Shown piece after piece: positions 11,810-24,488 of a DNA stretch of 64,000 nt (positions are counted from its first letter, which is position 1; each line of letters begins with the position of its first letter). The notes below the pieces were generated by a model. The model was not told the DNA's origin, did no database searches, and saw nothing but the letters and a program-made list of their open reading frames with translations. Source of the stretch: Callorhinchus milii. Taxonomy: Eukaryota. The position numbers were made by a program, and so were the translations under genes. The DNA lies in contig NW_024704742.1 in the NCBI RefSeq assembly GCF_018977255.1, positions 137,764,001 through 137,828,000 of the forward strand, given 5' to 3'.

Positions 11810-12495
11810 CTATGGTGTCTGTGCTGGTGCTCACTCCCCCACTGGAGCTCTCTACTCTAACCCCATTCCCTGCTCTCTCTCCCCATGGTGTCTGTGCTGG
11901 TGCTCTCTCCCCCACTGGAGCTCTCTACTCTAACCCCATTCCCTGCTCTCTCTCCCCATGGTGTCTGTGCTGGTGCTCACTCCCCCACTGGAGCTCTCTA
12001 CTCTAATCCCATTCCCTGCTCTTTCTCCCCATGGTGTCTGTGCTGGTGCTCTCTCCCCCACTGGAGTTCTCTACTCTAACCCCATTCCCTGCTCTCTCTC
12101 CCCATCGTGTCTGTGCTGGTGCTCTCTCCCCCACTGGAGCTCTCTACTCTAACCCCATTCCCTGCTCTCTCTCCCCATCGTGTCTGTGCTGGTGCTCTCT
12201 CCCCCACTGGAGCTCTCTTCTCTAACCCCATTCCCTGCTCTCTCTCCTCATCGTGTCTGTGCTGGTGCTCGCTCCCCACTGGAGCTCTCTACTCTAACCC
12301 CATTCCCTGCTCTCTCCCCATCGTGTCTGTGCTGGCGCTCGCTCCCCACTGGAGCTCTCTACTCTAACCCCATTCCCTGCTCTCTCTCCTCATCGTGTCT
12401 GTGCTGGTGCTCGCTCCCCCACTGGAGCTCTCTACTCTAACCCCATTCCCTGCTCTCTCTCCCCATCGTGTCTGTGCTGGGGCTCACTCCCCCAC
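11810..12495. repeat. About 73-bp minisatellite, about 9.5 copies, in the gene B V2-C2 intron
   Basis: Unit atggtgtctgtgctggtgctcactcccccactggagctctctactctaaccccattccctgctctctctcccc, starting at 11812, 11885, 11958, 12031 and so on. Confidence 0.95.
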
Positions 12496-12839
12496 TGGTG
12501 CTCTCCAGTTCCACTCCAAACACGTTTCACAATTCGTTTTTAATATTTGGGTCTATTCGGGACCCAGCGCTTTGCGACGTCCTCCTGATGTGAAAGACGC
12601 TCTATAAATGTACTTTGTTGTTGTATTTTCTGGAGTTTCTGTAGATATTTGTTAATAAGAAGTATTTCATTTCAAATGTGTAAAACATCAGTGTTGAATG
12701 TATTTGATAATCACAAGGTCACGAGAGGTTTGTGTGAAGAAAGTGCTTCAGCCCATTTGATCTCAATCTTCCCGTCCCCCCCAACCCACTGTCGATGTTA
12801 CAGCATCAAGCTCTTTCTGTTATGAGCTCCAGTATCATA

Positions 12840-13200
12840 GCAACATAGGAATTAGGAGTAGGAGTAGGCCATTCGGCTCCTCGAGCCTGCGCCGCCATTA
12901 AATAAGATCATTTTCTAACCTAACTCAATCTGTCCGCCTTATCCCCATATCCCTTAATCCCTCTATCCTTTAGAAAGCTATCAATCTCAGTCTTGAGTAT
13001 GTTCAAGGACTGAGCAGCTACAGCCTTCTGGGGTAGGTAATTCCATAAATTCACTACCCTCTGAGTGAAGAAGTATTTCCTCAACACTGTTCGAAAGGGC
13101 TGTCCCTTAATCTTAAGACTGCGACCCTCGTTCTAGATTCTCCTACCAGGGGAAATAGTCTACTCTATCAAGCCCGATAAGAATCTTATATGTTTCTATG
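12840..13200 (-). mobile_element. CR1 3' end fragment (gene B specific); other CR1 pieces at about 4880-5280(+), 20550-20915(+), 21230-21760(-), 24670-25625, 27900-28760(-), 29040-29280(-) and 33680-34320(-)
   Basis: Shared aggagtaggccattc.gccc.tcgagcc 3' UTR motif and RT C-terminal fragments. Confidence 0.8.
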
Positions 13201-13944
13201 TGTCCTGGCCTCAACCACTCTCCCTGCTAACCGATTCCAGTCATTAATTATGCTCTGGGCAAAGAAATATTTCCTGGTATCTGTTCTTATTTTGCCCATC
13301 ACAACACTGACCCTGTGCCCTTCTTGACGTATCTGAGAGCAATGACGTATTTCTTATCAAATCCTTGAAGTAAAGTTCCACACCGTCTGCTGACGGAAAA
13401 TTAAATATTGCTGTTCTGATATCAATGCAGTGTCTGGGATGGTAACCAGTCTGTCTTGTTCCAACGCTGAGGGACCTGGTCGTGTGTTTTGCTTTACTCA
13501 GAGGTTAATCAGGGATTGGAACAGGTGGCCAGGAAGGGTGGCTGAGGCCAGGACACTGGGACTCATTTAAAAAGCAGTTGATACTGTGATTGGGGGAGGG
13601 GGGGGGTGGTGTTCTGTAAGGATAAGACCAGATGGACCTTCTTCATTCAGACCAATCCTGGACTTGTGAAAAACACATTATTTATCGTTGGGAAGCTTCC
13701 CGCTGCTTGTCCAGCGAGGATCACCCTGGGCTTTAGCTTGTAGGGTTAACAGGAGACAAGTGGGAAGAAACCCTGTCCCCAGTAACAAACTAAAGTCTCC
13801 TCCTTTTGATACCATGTTTCTTGTGCTAATTAACACATGAGGAACAGGGTAAGGAATGAGACAAACCTCGTCTGTAACATTGCGTCAGTGATGACCTGTT
13901 CGTTCACCTCTTTCCGTGTCCCACAGAGACAAGAGATCTCTTAC

Positions 13945-14328
13945 CAAACACCTGCAGCCGTGACATGTCCTGTGTCACCTGGTCCAGTTGGAATTCTTTC
14001 TTCATAAACATGACGTGTACGTAACAGAAATACCGTCCGGTGTCGTTTAACTCCAGGCCCCTGATCTTCAGGGAAGCGTCTCCATCTCCCACATTCCTGA
14101 CCAGCTTGTAGCGATTTCCTTCATTCACTGTCTCTGACTCCCTGGAGTTGGTGTGGGCGGTGAGGCCAAGAGTGTAATTAAACACCAGCTGCCCATGTGG
14201 ACTCCCTCTCCTCCAAAGCACTGTGGCTGTGGCACGATTCTGGTATGTGTTGGGGATGGTGAAGGAGCAGGGCAGTGTGGCATCACCTCCCTTGGTACCA
14301 GTCACTGACCGGAGCTTCTCTTCATGAC
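13945..14328 (-). CDS. Siglec-15-like gene B, V-set domain 2 (intact, no essential Arg)
   Basis: 384 nt, phase 1-1, AG acceptor and GTAAGA donor; LPCSF...W...DTGRYFCYV...RLQV. Confidence 0.88.
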
Positions 14329-14933
14329 CTGAGACAGGAACAGGATTGGAATAGTGCAGAGCAGTCAGTGTGACAGAGTACATGTTACACACTGTGAAAT
14401 CCTGGATATGTTACCTGGTCTTCATGGCACCATCTCCCTCAGGCCTGTGCTCCTCACTCACCCTCTATGAGCCTGTGTCCTGCTCACATGGAGCATAAAC
14501 ACCAGCATAGACCAGTTGGGCCAAATGGTCTGTTTCTGTACTGTATATTCTATGTAACTCTATGCAATGTCTCACAGGCACCGCCCACAATAGGGCCCTC
14601 AGTCTTTGCTCATCCAATCACTCTGAAGCAGCGCCTCCTCTCTGCTCTGATTGGGCTGATCTCATCAATTCTACCAATCGATTGTTTATCCGTTCTGTCA
14701 ATCACTGACCGACCCTCCCACCGCCAGCCAATAGAGAGCCAGCTCCTGGTGGTCAAGATGGGTTGAGGAAACAAGAGAAGGTTTTGTTGTTGTCACTGTT
14801 TATTGACTCTCACTGTCACCTGTCAGCTCCCTGCTACACACCGTCCATCACAGGGAACACTGCCTCTCTATTGCCCGTCCTGGGACGGGACACTTCCCAC
14901 TGACTCCGGGGCCCACTAAGTAACATCACGTCT

Positions 14934-16500
14934 CAACAACAACAACAACCACTTGCATCTATATAGCGCCTCCACGCAGGGCAGCATCTCAGAGTGCTTA
15001 CGTGGCGTAGCCTGACTCCAAGCCGGGAGAAGAAGGGAGGTGGCCGTAAGCATGGTCAAAGAGGAAAGTTTTCAGATGGGACCTGCGAGAGGGGAGAGGG
15101 GTCGAGGCGGAGCGATTGAGGGACAGCGTTTCAGAGTTTGGACGTAGTGTCTGAAAGCGCGATATCCAATGGTGATGCGGAGGGTGCGAGGAACGAGCAG
15201 GAGGTCGGAGTCAGTCGAGCAGAGGCACCAGGTAGTGGATTGGGGCATGTGGAGGTCGGAGAGGTAGGGAGGTGCCAGGGAGTGAAGGGATTTGAACATG
15301 AGTGTGAGGATCTTGAAGTCAATTCATTCGGTGATGGGGAGCCAGGGGAGCCTGGTCAGAACATAATATAACATAACATGTAGGAACAGGAGTAGGCCAT
15401 TTGGCCCTTCGAGCCTGTCCCGCCAATCAATCATGGCTGACCTTCTAATCTAACTCGAGCTAATACCATAACCCTGCCTTATCCCCATATCCCTTAATCC
15501 CTGGTTAAAGGGAACTGGTGAGATGTGGGTATGGAGTTTGGTTTGGGTCAGTATGTGGGCGGCAACGTACTGAATGAGTTGGATCTTTTGAATTTGGAGA
15601 AACCGGTGAGGAGTGGGTTGGAGTAATCCAAGTGGCAGGTGACAAGCGTATGCACGAGGGCTTCAGCTGCATTGAGGTACAGTCAGAGGCAGGCAATATG
15701 GTGGTGGTGGAAGCCGTCGATCCTGGTCAGGGATTGGAGGTGGGGGAAAAATGATAGCTTGGGGTCAAACTGAACACCTAAGTTGCGCACTCATTCAGTG
15801 AGTCTGAGGGAGAGCCCAAGGAGGGTGAGGAGTTTAGATCTGCAGAAGTGAAGACATTGACAGGAGTCAAGGAGTATGGCTTCTGTCTTCCCCATATTCC
15901 ACTGCAGGAAGTTAGTTTACACTCATCCGGGCCTTGATGTCTCCCAATCAAGCTGATAGAACATTGGCGGACCTGGAGTTGGTACTGGAGGAGGCAAAGT
16001 AGATTTGTGTGTCATCCACAAACATGTGGATGTGGAAGTTTACCCCATGTCTGCGGATGACATTGCAGATAAGGAAAAGAAGAGGGTCAAGGATGGAGCC
16101 CTGGGATAACCGGGGGGTTACCGGGCGGGGGCGGGAGGAGAAACCATTTGCTGACATGAAATGGAGGCAGTTGGTTAAGTAGGACTCGAACCATGTGAGT
16201 GCGGTCCCATTAAGGTAGATGAGGGAGGAGAGCCGATGGAGGAGGATAACATGGTCGACTGTGTCGAACGCAGCAGAGAGATCCAGGAGAACGAGGAGGC
16301 AGAGGGGGCCCTGGTCACAGATAGAGAGAATATCGTTTGTGACTTTGACAAGTGCTGTCACTGTGCTGTGGGCAGTCAGGGCAAAAACCAGACTGCAGGG
16401 GCTCGAGGAGGGAGTGGAGGGAGAGGTGTGACCGAAGCTGACCTGCAACGATGCATTCCAGGACTTTAGCAAAAAAGTTAGGTTCCAGATTGGACATCAC
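14934..16500 (-). mobile_element. L2 LINE inserted in the gene B V1-V2 intron (absent in gene A), with a nested CR1 3' end at about 15360-15505
   Basis: RT motifs in ORF 15948-16472. Gene A is contiguous across the site (cacgtctc|attcccactt). Confidence 0.9.
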
Positions 16501-16525
16501 ATTCCCACTTCACATCGTTCCTCAC

Positions 16526-16914
16526 CTGTAACATACAGACGTGTTGCACAACTGGTTTGAAACTTTCCGTCCTCACCCTGGAGCTCCACACGACAGAAAA
16601 ACAGTTTATAATCGTCCTCTCCCCTCAGTTGGTTTATCGCTATTGTAGCGTCGTTCCTCCTCGGATCCCAATCACTCGGTGTCGCTCTCCCTCGTTTACA
16701 TCAATGACATTTTGATACTTTCCCTTTGAATCCGACCCATAATTTGTATATTCAATATACACAGGAGCAGTCCAGCCTCCCAGCCACCTGATGGTGATGT
16801 TAAATGTGTATCTGGGGTCAGGTGGAGTGAACTTGCAGTACACGGTGACCGGTGACCCTAACCTGCCGGTCACTGTATCGGGGGTCTCCATCGTCCAGCC
16901 ATTCTTACTGAGCC
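16526..16914 (-). pseudogene. Siglec-15-like gene B, V-set domain 1 exon with -1 frameshift (or a sequencing error)
   Basis: 389 nt versus 390 nt in gene A. One base is missing at about 16663-16669 (GGATCCC), giving a TAG at 16640-16642. Restoring the base gives ...IG(D)PRRNDATIAINQLRGEDDYKLFFCRVELQGEDGKFQTSCATRLYVT with normal splice sites. Confidence 0.8.
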
Positions 16915-17765
16915 CTGTGAGGACACACATGGTGTAATGTGAACCAGAACACAACATAAAAGCAAACAGATAACACTGAGCTTGTACAAGAGCTTGGTTA
17001 GGTCACAGCGGGGACTAATGTGGATAGTATTGGGATCCTCACTGTAAGAAGGATATAAAAGTGATGGAAAAGGTGCAGCTTAGATTCACTGCGATGTCCC
17101 CAGAAATGAGGGGTTGAATAATAATAATAATAATAATAATCCTTGCATTTAATATAGCGCTTTTCACGTCAGGAGGACGTCCCAAAGCGCTTCACAGAAC
17201 ACACTGTAAAGTGAATTGACTGTATATTTGTGGGCGAACGCACAATTTTTGTGGGTTTCAGTTACTAAGAGAGATTTGAGAGTTTGGGGTGAGGGCGACC
17301 TGATAGAGGTCACAAAGGCTCACAACACAAAAACAACAAAACAACAAAAACAACAAATTATATTCTTATAGTGCCTTTCACGTCGGTAGGACAGCCTAAG
17401 ATGCTGGACTGTGAGGCATTGCACTCGAGCTGGAGGTTGGCATCAGGAGAGGTGAAGGACAGGCATGGTAGGGATAAGAGGGTCTTGAGACAAGTCTTAA
17501 AGGAGGCAACAACAACAAATTACATCTGGAAAGTGCCTTTCACATCGGTAGGATGGCAAGTGAAGTGTAAGGGGAAGGGACTGTGGGATGGAGTTCCAAA
17601 GGTTGAGGCAAACACTTACACTGTGGGGCTCAGTGAGTAACACAGTTCTGTTCAGTTTAGAGACGGGAATCTTATTTGCAGGAGATATCACATGACTGTA
17701 ATTATTGCAGTAAAAGGTAAAGCAGTAATTAAAGCCAGTCAGGTTTCTGATTGGAAAGTACGTAC

Positions 17766-17817
17766 GGAAGGCCGAGGCTGACAGGACCAGGGTACAGAGC
17801 ACAGCTCCCAGCATCAT
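17766..17817 (-). CDS. Siglec-15-like gene B, exon 1 (signal peptide MMLGAVLCTLVLSASAF)
   Basis: Near-identical to gene A exon 1; donor GTACGT. Confidence 0.85.
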
Positions 17818-18659
17818 CGTCCCTCACTCAGGACACACTCCTTCCCCGCGCACGTCTGCCTCGCACTGGCACAGCTGGTCACCCTTCTCTTTCCTTCCTC
17901 CTCTCGTTCTGTGGTCACCACCAGAGCTCCACCCTCCGCGTGTTATTCTGATCCTCTGTAATGTTTCTCCCCAACACTAACCCTGCCCCCGCCCCATGTT
18001 ACAGTCCTTTCAATTTTTTAAAACTATTTTTAGTACTATTTTTAACAATGTGGCATTGTCTTCAGTTTTCTTGCATTTTCTTGGTAAAGTTCTGATTCCT
18101 TTCCTCTTCTCCTGGAGACCGCTCCACCATCGCCTTCTGGTGCCTTAACCAAGCGGCCATTCTTGATAATAATAATCATCCTTGCATTTGATACAGTGCC
18201 TTATCACATCTTCGAGATGTTTCAAAGCGCTTCGCAGGATATACTGTAAAGTGAATTGACTGTATATTTTGTGGGCAAAACGCGGCAGCCAATTACGCAG
18301 TGTCCCACGAAAAGTCGTGGATTGAGCGACCAATTTTCTTCTTTTTTTGGAAGGAATTATTACCACCAGAAAAGCGATGTGCCAATCGACTGACAACCGG
18401 ATTCCTACTTACTGCTAGGTGAACAGAGGAGTGTGGAGTAAGGAAACTTACTCAACATTTCACCGTCGGGAATCGAACCCAGGTCTCTCGCTTGCAAGGT
18501 GAGTGCTCTAACCACTGAGCTACAGGACTCCACACAACGCTCACCTCCAAATATTCCACAGTGTATCATGATACAGTTATCAAAAGTTCTTCCTGGCTGA
18601 TGTAACCCCTCCCCAAACCCCGGGTGGGTGCTGTGCTGAGGACCAAGTTCGAGAGCCAC

Positions 18660-20230
18660 TACGTCCCGAGGCTCTGGAACTCCCTTCCTCAGTCCCTTCG
18701 CCTCACGCTCTCTCTTCCTATTTTCAGGTCTCGGGTGAAGACTTTTCTTTTCGACCCCGCCTTTCCCCACCCTCTGTCACCAAACTCATCCTATCCCTGA
18801 AACCCACCACCTGCTCCCTTGACCCCATCCCCACACCACTCCTTATCTCTCAGCTCCACCTCCTTGCCCCACATATCACAGACATCATCAACCTATCCCT
18901 CTCCTCTGGCTCTGTTCCCATTCTCCTAAAAACTCCACCATCACTCCCACTTTGAAAAAACCCTCCCTTGATGCGTCGCAGCTATCAAGCTACCGGCCCA
19001 TCTCCAACCTCCCCTTCCTGTCCAAGGTCCTTGAAAGAGTTGTCGCCTCCCACCTGCGCTCTTTCCTCTCCACCCATGCATTATTCAAACCACTTCAGAC
19101 GGGTTTCCGTGCTGCCCATAGCACAGAAACTGCCCTGGTCATGGTCACCAATGACATCTTGACCATCCGCGACCAGGGCTCCCTCTCCTCGACTTATCAG
19201 CAGCATTCGATACAGTCGACCACGCTATCCTCCTCCATCGCTTGTCCTCCCACCTCAACCTTCAAGGCCCTGTCCTTGAGTGGTTTAGATCGTACCTCTC
19301 CCACCGTCTTCATTTTGTTTCCACAAACGGCTTTTCCTCCACCCCCCGCACTGTCTCGTATGGTGTCCCTCAGGGCTCTGTCCTCGGTCCCCTCCCCTTC
19401 ACCCTCTATATGCTCCCCCTGTGGTGACATCATCCGCAGACATGTCAAAGCCATCAGGAACCTCGGTGTTCTGTTCGACCCTGAGCTGTCCTTTCTTCTT
19501 CATATCCGCGCCACAACTGGCACCGCCTTCCATCACCTCCGGAATATCACCAGACTACGGCACTACCTCACCCCTCACGCGGCTGAAACCCTGGTCCACG
19601 CCTTTATCAGCTCAAGGCTGGACTATGGGAACTCTCTCCTCGCCGGCCTTCCCGGCCCTCCCTCCACACTGCAGCTCACTGCAGCTCGTGTACGTCCCGC
19701 ACCAGACACCGCGACCACATCACTCCCACCCTCGCCCTCACCCTCACCCTCGCCCTCGCTCGCCTCCACTGGCTCCCCATCCCCCAGAGGATCGAATTCA
19801 AGATCCTCATCCTCACCTACAAGGCCATTCACGGCCTCGCTCCCTCCTACCTCTCCAACCTACTATCCCCCTCCCTACCTGCCCGTATCCTCCGTTCCTC
19901 TGGCTCCGGTCTGCTGCACGTCCCCCGCCCCAACCACCCTACCATCGGTGGTCGGGCCTTCAGCCTCTCAGCCCCCAGGCTCTGGAACTCCATCCCCCAG
20001 TGCCTTCGCCGCCTCCTCCCTTTCCTCCTTCAAGACCGGTCTCAAGACTTTTCTCTTTGACCGAGCCTTCAGCTCCCCTCTCGACTCTCTACCCCCTCCT
20101 CGCTCCCTCCCTTCCCTCCCCTCACCCTGACCATTTCCTCCCTGCTTGGGTCATAACCCAACTGTACAGCACCCCAGGACGTCCTCCCGACGTGAAAGGC
20201 GCTCTATAAATGGAATCTTGTTGTTGTTGT
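18660..20230 (+). mobile_element. L2 LINE RT and 3' tail
   Basis: ORF 18952-20130 with YRPISNLPFLSKVLERVV; tail ggacgtcctcccgacgtgaaaggcgc...(GTT)n. Confidence 0.92.
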
Positions 20231-21802
20231 TCTGGTCACCTTCCTCCCCCTGGCTCGGCACCGGGATCCGTTGCTGTGAAGCGCTCTGAGACGCCGTCTG
20301 GCGTGGAGGGCGCTATATAAATCCAAGTTGTTGTTGTTGTTGTACAAGGACAAAAGAAGGATTTTGAAGTTCACCCATTGAGATACTGAGTTAGTGGAGC
20401 TTGGCAAGGAATGGGATAATGTGGGGCTTGAACGCACGACTCAGAGACAAGAGTGTTAGCAACTGAACGAAGCTGACTCCCAATAGGTAATGGGTGCACA
20501 GAGACTGGTGTGGGAGAAGGTGAGGAAAGATAGTGAAAGATTATTCCCACTAGTTGGAAATTGGTGTCACAAACCCAAGTTTGACAACCTCACTGAGATT
20601 CATTGAAGAAACTAAAACCAGGGGTCACAACCGTAAAATCATAGGCCGGCCCTTTCGCACTGAGTTGAGGAAGAAATTCTTCACTCAAAGGGCAGTGAAT
20701 GTATGGAACTCACTACCCCAAAGGGCTGTTGACGCTCAATCCTTGAACATATTCAAGACTGAGATAGATAGATTTCTTATTGCAAAAGGGATTAAGGGAT
20801 ATGGGGATAAGGCAACTGGTATTAGCTGGAGTTAGATTAGAAGATCAGCCATGATTGAATGGCGGGGCAGGCTCGAAGGGCCAAATGGCCTACTCCTGCT
20901 CCTACATGTTATGTTATGCTTTGTTATGACTTCAGTTTGGCTCTGAGCCAAGCCCAATGCAGAAACATTAGCCCACAGGACTGAGCGATACTTTCATAAA
21001 GTCTTTTATTCTTTATTCAGTCACTTCAAAAGCAGAACAATTACTATTGACCACAGAATGCCTATGTTTAGAGGCAGAAAGAGTTTCTAAGAATACCTGA
21101 TACAAGGTTCTTGTAGTAAAAGTTATTGTGTTCATCACAAAATTGTGTTGGATAAAGGTTCTTTGGAGGGATCTCATGCCTCCAGAACATTCACCCGACC
21201 ACCACAGCATCAAGCCACTTTTTAATTTAGCCTTAGTGTCCTGGCCTCAACCACCCTTCCTTAGCCATCTGTTCTAGTCGTTAATTACTCAGTAAAGAGA
21301 AACTTCCTGTTATCTGTCCTGAAATTGAGCTCTTCAACTCTGTGACCTTATGTTCCACTGCCTAGGAATATCCTAAAGTATTGATCTGAGTTTACTTTCT
21401 CAATCCCGTTTAAAATGTTATACACTTCTATGAGGTCCCCCCTGAATTGTCTTCTCTCAAGACTTCAGATTCCTCGCTTGTTGTTGTTCACAACTCATTC
21501 CTATAACACTGGGGATTATCCTTGTTGCTTTCCTCTGCATTGCTACTTGGGCCTGGGTGGCCCCTTAATGTCCTGGTGACCAGAACTGTATGCAATTCTC
21601 TGGGTGTGGGTTGACAAGAGCATTAAATTCAACAATTTAGCAATATAGCCCAGCATCCTGTTTGCTTTGTGTTCCTTAAGGTTACTGTTCCTCAGCTGAA
21701 GAGGTAATGTCCCTGCAAAGCTGACCAGCTTTTTTCTGATCTTCTGGCTGGGAGACAGACAAGTCACAGACAAGTTTGCGTGCCTTGAAGTTTTGAGAGG
21801 CC

Positions 21803-21970
21803 TGTGGGCTGGAGACTGTGACAGGTCTGTGGGCTGAAGGCTGTGACAGGTCTGTGGGCTGAAGGCTGTGACAGGTCTGTGGGCTGGAGGCTGTGACAGG
21901 TCTGTGGGCTGAAGGCTGTGACAGGTCTGTGGGCTGAAGGCTGTGACAGGTCTGTGGGCTGGAGGCTGTG
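21803..21970. repeat. 25-bp minisatellite, about 6.7 copies
   Basis: Unit ctgtgacaggtctgtgggctg(a/g)agg. Confidence 0.95.
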
Positions 21971-22391
21971 AGTGATCAATAAACTGACAGTATGAGAGCA
22001 GTGCATTGTGTCTGTAGGCCGTGTGAGAGGTACAAAGAGGCCTGAGGCCTTGACCACATGGCTGGCCTGAGGTTTGGCACAGTACAGTGTAGAGCAGGGA
22101 GGTTGGGAGTGTGTGAGCATGTAGGAGGGGAGGAAGGACACCGAGGAGCCTGCAATCCTCCAGGATAAGGGTCGCTGTTGAGGTCAATGCTGTAATGGGA
22201 GATGGCAGCCTGAGGATTACTGGAAGGAAGCGATCTTATGGTTTGAAGGATCTCTGTTATCAAATGTTCTCCTTCGTTGAAGCTCTTGTGATCTTGTATG
22301 TGTCACCCTCAAGGCCACTGGAGACAGGCACAGGTGAGAGCGGGGACTATACAGAGCTCCTTCTTTACTTGTCCTCAGGCTGGAAACAGAT

Positions 22392-22396
22392 TCAAT
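22392..22396 (-). CDS. Siglec-15-like gene C, terminal exon start (G+AT = Asp, then TGA); the remainder is 3' UTR to about 20990
   Basis: tttcccacAG acceptor homologous to gene B 10629. AATAAA signals at 21005-21010 and 21012-21017 on the minus strand. Confidence 0.5.
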
Positions 22397-22499
22397 CTGT
22401 GGGAAAAGTAAAAGCATTTACTGTCCTTGTTTCAATGAGAATGGGATCACTTTTCAGCCAATCAATCGCCATTTTGAGTGCTGCTTAAGCAATTGCCAT

Positions 22500-23560
22500 C
22501 ACTATCTCCATTAATGGTTTTTCCTCCCACCCACACCAGGTCACCTGCAGTGTACCCCAAGGCTCTATTCTTGGCCTTTCTACATAGTTCCTAGCCTTGA
22601 TGTCACCCGCAGACACGGGGTCAACATCCACATGTATACGGATATCACCCAAATCTACTTCTCGTCCAGTTGGACTCTAGATCCACTGATGTTCTGTCAG
22701 CTTGCTTGTCAGACATCAAGGCCTGGATGAGCACAAACTTACTGCAATGGAATTTTAACATGACTCCTCCTAAGCCCCTGTCAACATTTTCTCTCATGTG
22801 GCTCTGACCTCCTCACCTTCCCTGGATAATCCCTCAGATGCACCAAATCTGTGCATAATCTAGGCGTCAGGTTTGATCTGCAGGTTCTTTCCTACCCCAA
22901 ATCTAGTCCCATCTCCATTAAATTGCCCACGTCTCACAACTTGCACTTGGGCCCTTCACGCAGGGTAGCATCTCGGAGCGCTCACATTCAATGCAGCCGA
23001 AACCTCATCCATGCTTTCATCACCTTCCACCTTGATTATTCCAATGCCCTCCTCATTGTTTTCCCTAGCTTCACTCTCCACAAAATCCAGTTAATTCAAA
23101 CCTCTGCCTATACTTACCCACAGCAAACTGCCTACCCCCACCACACCAATCGTCGCCAAGCTCCACTGGCTCCTTATCACAGAATGGATAGACTTCAAGA
23201 TTCTCACACTCGTGTACAAATCCCATCACGACCTAGCTCCTCCCTCACTCATAGACCTGATTACTCCAAAATCCACCATATGCCCACTCTGCTCGGCTGG
23301 CTCTGGCCTCCTGCTGGTCTCTCGTTCCTTCTGCTCGACCATCGGAGGCCATGCTTTCAGTCACTATGCTCCAAAAGTAAGGAAATCTCTCCCTCAATCC
23401 CTCCGTCTTGCCTCCGAGTCCTTACCCCTTAAAGTCCTTACTCTTTAACCTTGCTCATGGTCACCCCACCCCCCCACCCCAGCTCAGTGTCAGGCTCCGC
23501 CATTGTTAAACGCTCTGAGACGCTATCCCGCGTAAAGCTCGCTATGTACATGCAAGTTAT
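22500..23560 (+). mobile_element. Decayed L2 fragment (smaller L2 pieces at about 23690-24060, 25620-26000 and 28010-28270)
   Basis: Similarity to the other L2 copies. Confidence 0.8.
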
Positions 23561-24107
23561 ATTTGAAGGCATGGGGTCCCATGTTCTAAATTTGATGAAT
23601 CAACACAGTCCCAAAATTCCACCTGGTCACAGCTGTGAGATGTTTTGTCTTAAATCTAAATTGGTGCAGAAATGGAGAAATCCAGTCTTAATTAGCAACT
23701 TTTTAAGACATAAAGTCTCTGGCTGCTTCATGTCTCCAACCCCACTATCGGCGGTCAGGCTTTCAGTGTATCTGCCACCACTCTCTGGAACTCCGTCCTG
23801 GAGTACCTTTAGCTTTCCCCTTCCCTTGCCAATGTGAAGCACTCCCGCTTGAAGGGCACTATATAAATCAAGTTGTTGTTGTTGTTGTTGCCTCCTTCAA
23901 GGTCCGAGTCAAGATCTTCCTCTTTGACCGCACTTTCGGACATCTTTCCCCCCCTTACGACCATCATCCCGGATCCCCACGTTCAGCTCAGGTGCAAACC
24001 CTGGACTGTCCAGTGCCTTGGAACATTCTCCCGGCATGAAAGGCACTGTGTAAATGTATTCATATTGCAAAAAAACGTGTGAAACTTATAAAGCATCAGT
24101 GACAAAC

Positions 24108-24488
24108 CTCCCATTTTACAAACGAGAATGATCCCCGTGACCAACATAGTGAGAAATTTAACTAAGGGTATCAAACACAGTATCGCGATGATGAAACTGC
24201 CATCTCTCTGTGGGGCAGCGACGAGGATGTCTCTGGTGTCCCTGCCCTGTGTGTTCTCAGCTACACAGCGGTAAGTTCCCCTCAGCCTCGGGCCCCGGAT
24301 CTCCCCCACGGTTTGATACTTGTCCGGTACGTGTGTGACTGGCGTGTGGCTGGTGTTAATGGGCAACGTGTTATTCTCAGGGTCGATCCATGTGATGTTG
24401 GCTGGTGGTTCCCCCTCAGCCGTGCACACAATCCCACTTCCGGCTCCATCACCGGCCACGAGGGACAGACTCAGGATGACGGCCGGAG
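24108..24488 (-). CDS. Siglec-15-like gene C, C2-set domain plus transmembrane helix with Lys
   Basis: IVCTAEGEPPANITW...GTYRCVAEN; TM is FIIAILCLIPLVKFLTMLVTGIILV; donor GTTTGT; 381 nt, phase 1-1. Confidence 0.85.

Noticed and set aside
11810-12495. CRISPR-like periodicity (also at 21803-21970 and 45434-45690)
   Set aside because: Head-to-tail repeats without unique spacers, in a vertebrate genome, with no cas genes.
11606-12607. Stack of overlapping 64-134 aa ORFs
   Set aside because: Artefact of the 73-bp minisatellite.
18952-20130. 392-aa ORF and other RT-like ORFs as host genes or intact retrotransposons
   Set aside because: They drift out of frame into low-complexity sequence; all L2 and CR1 copies are truncated or frameshifted.
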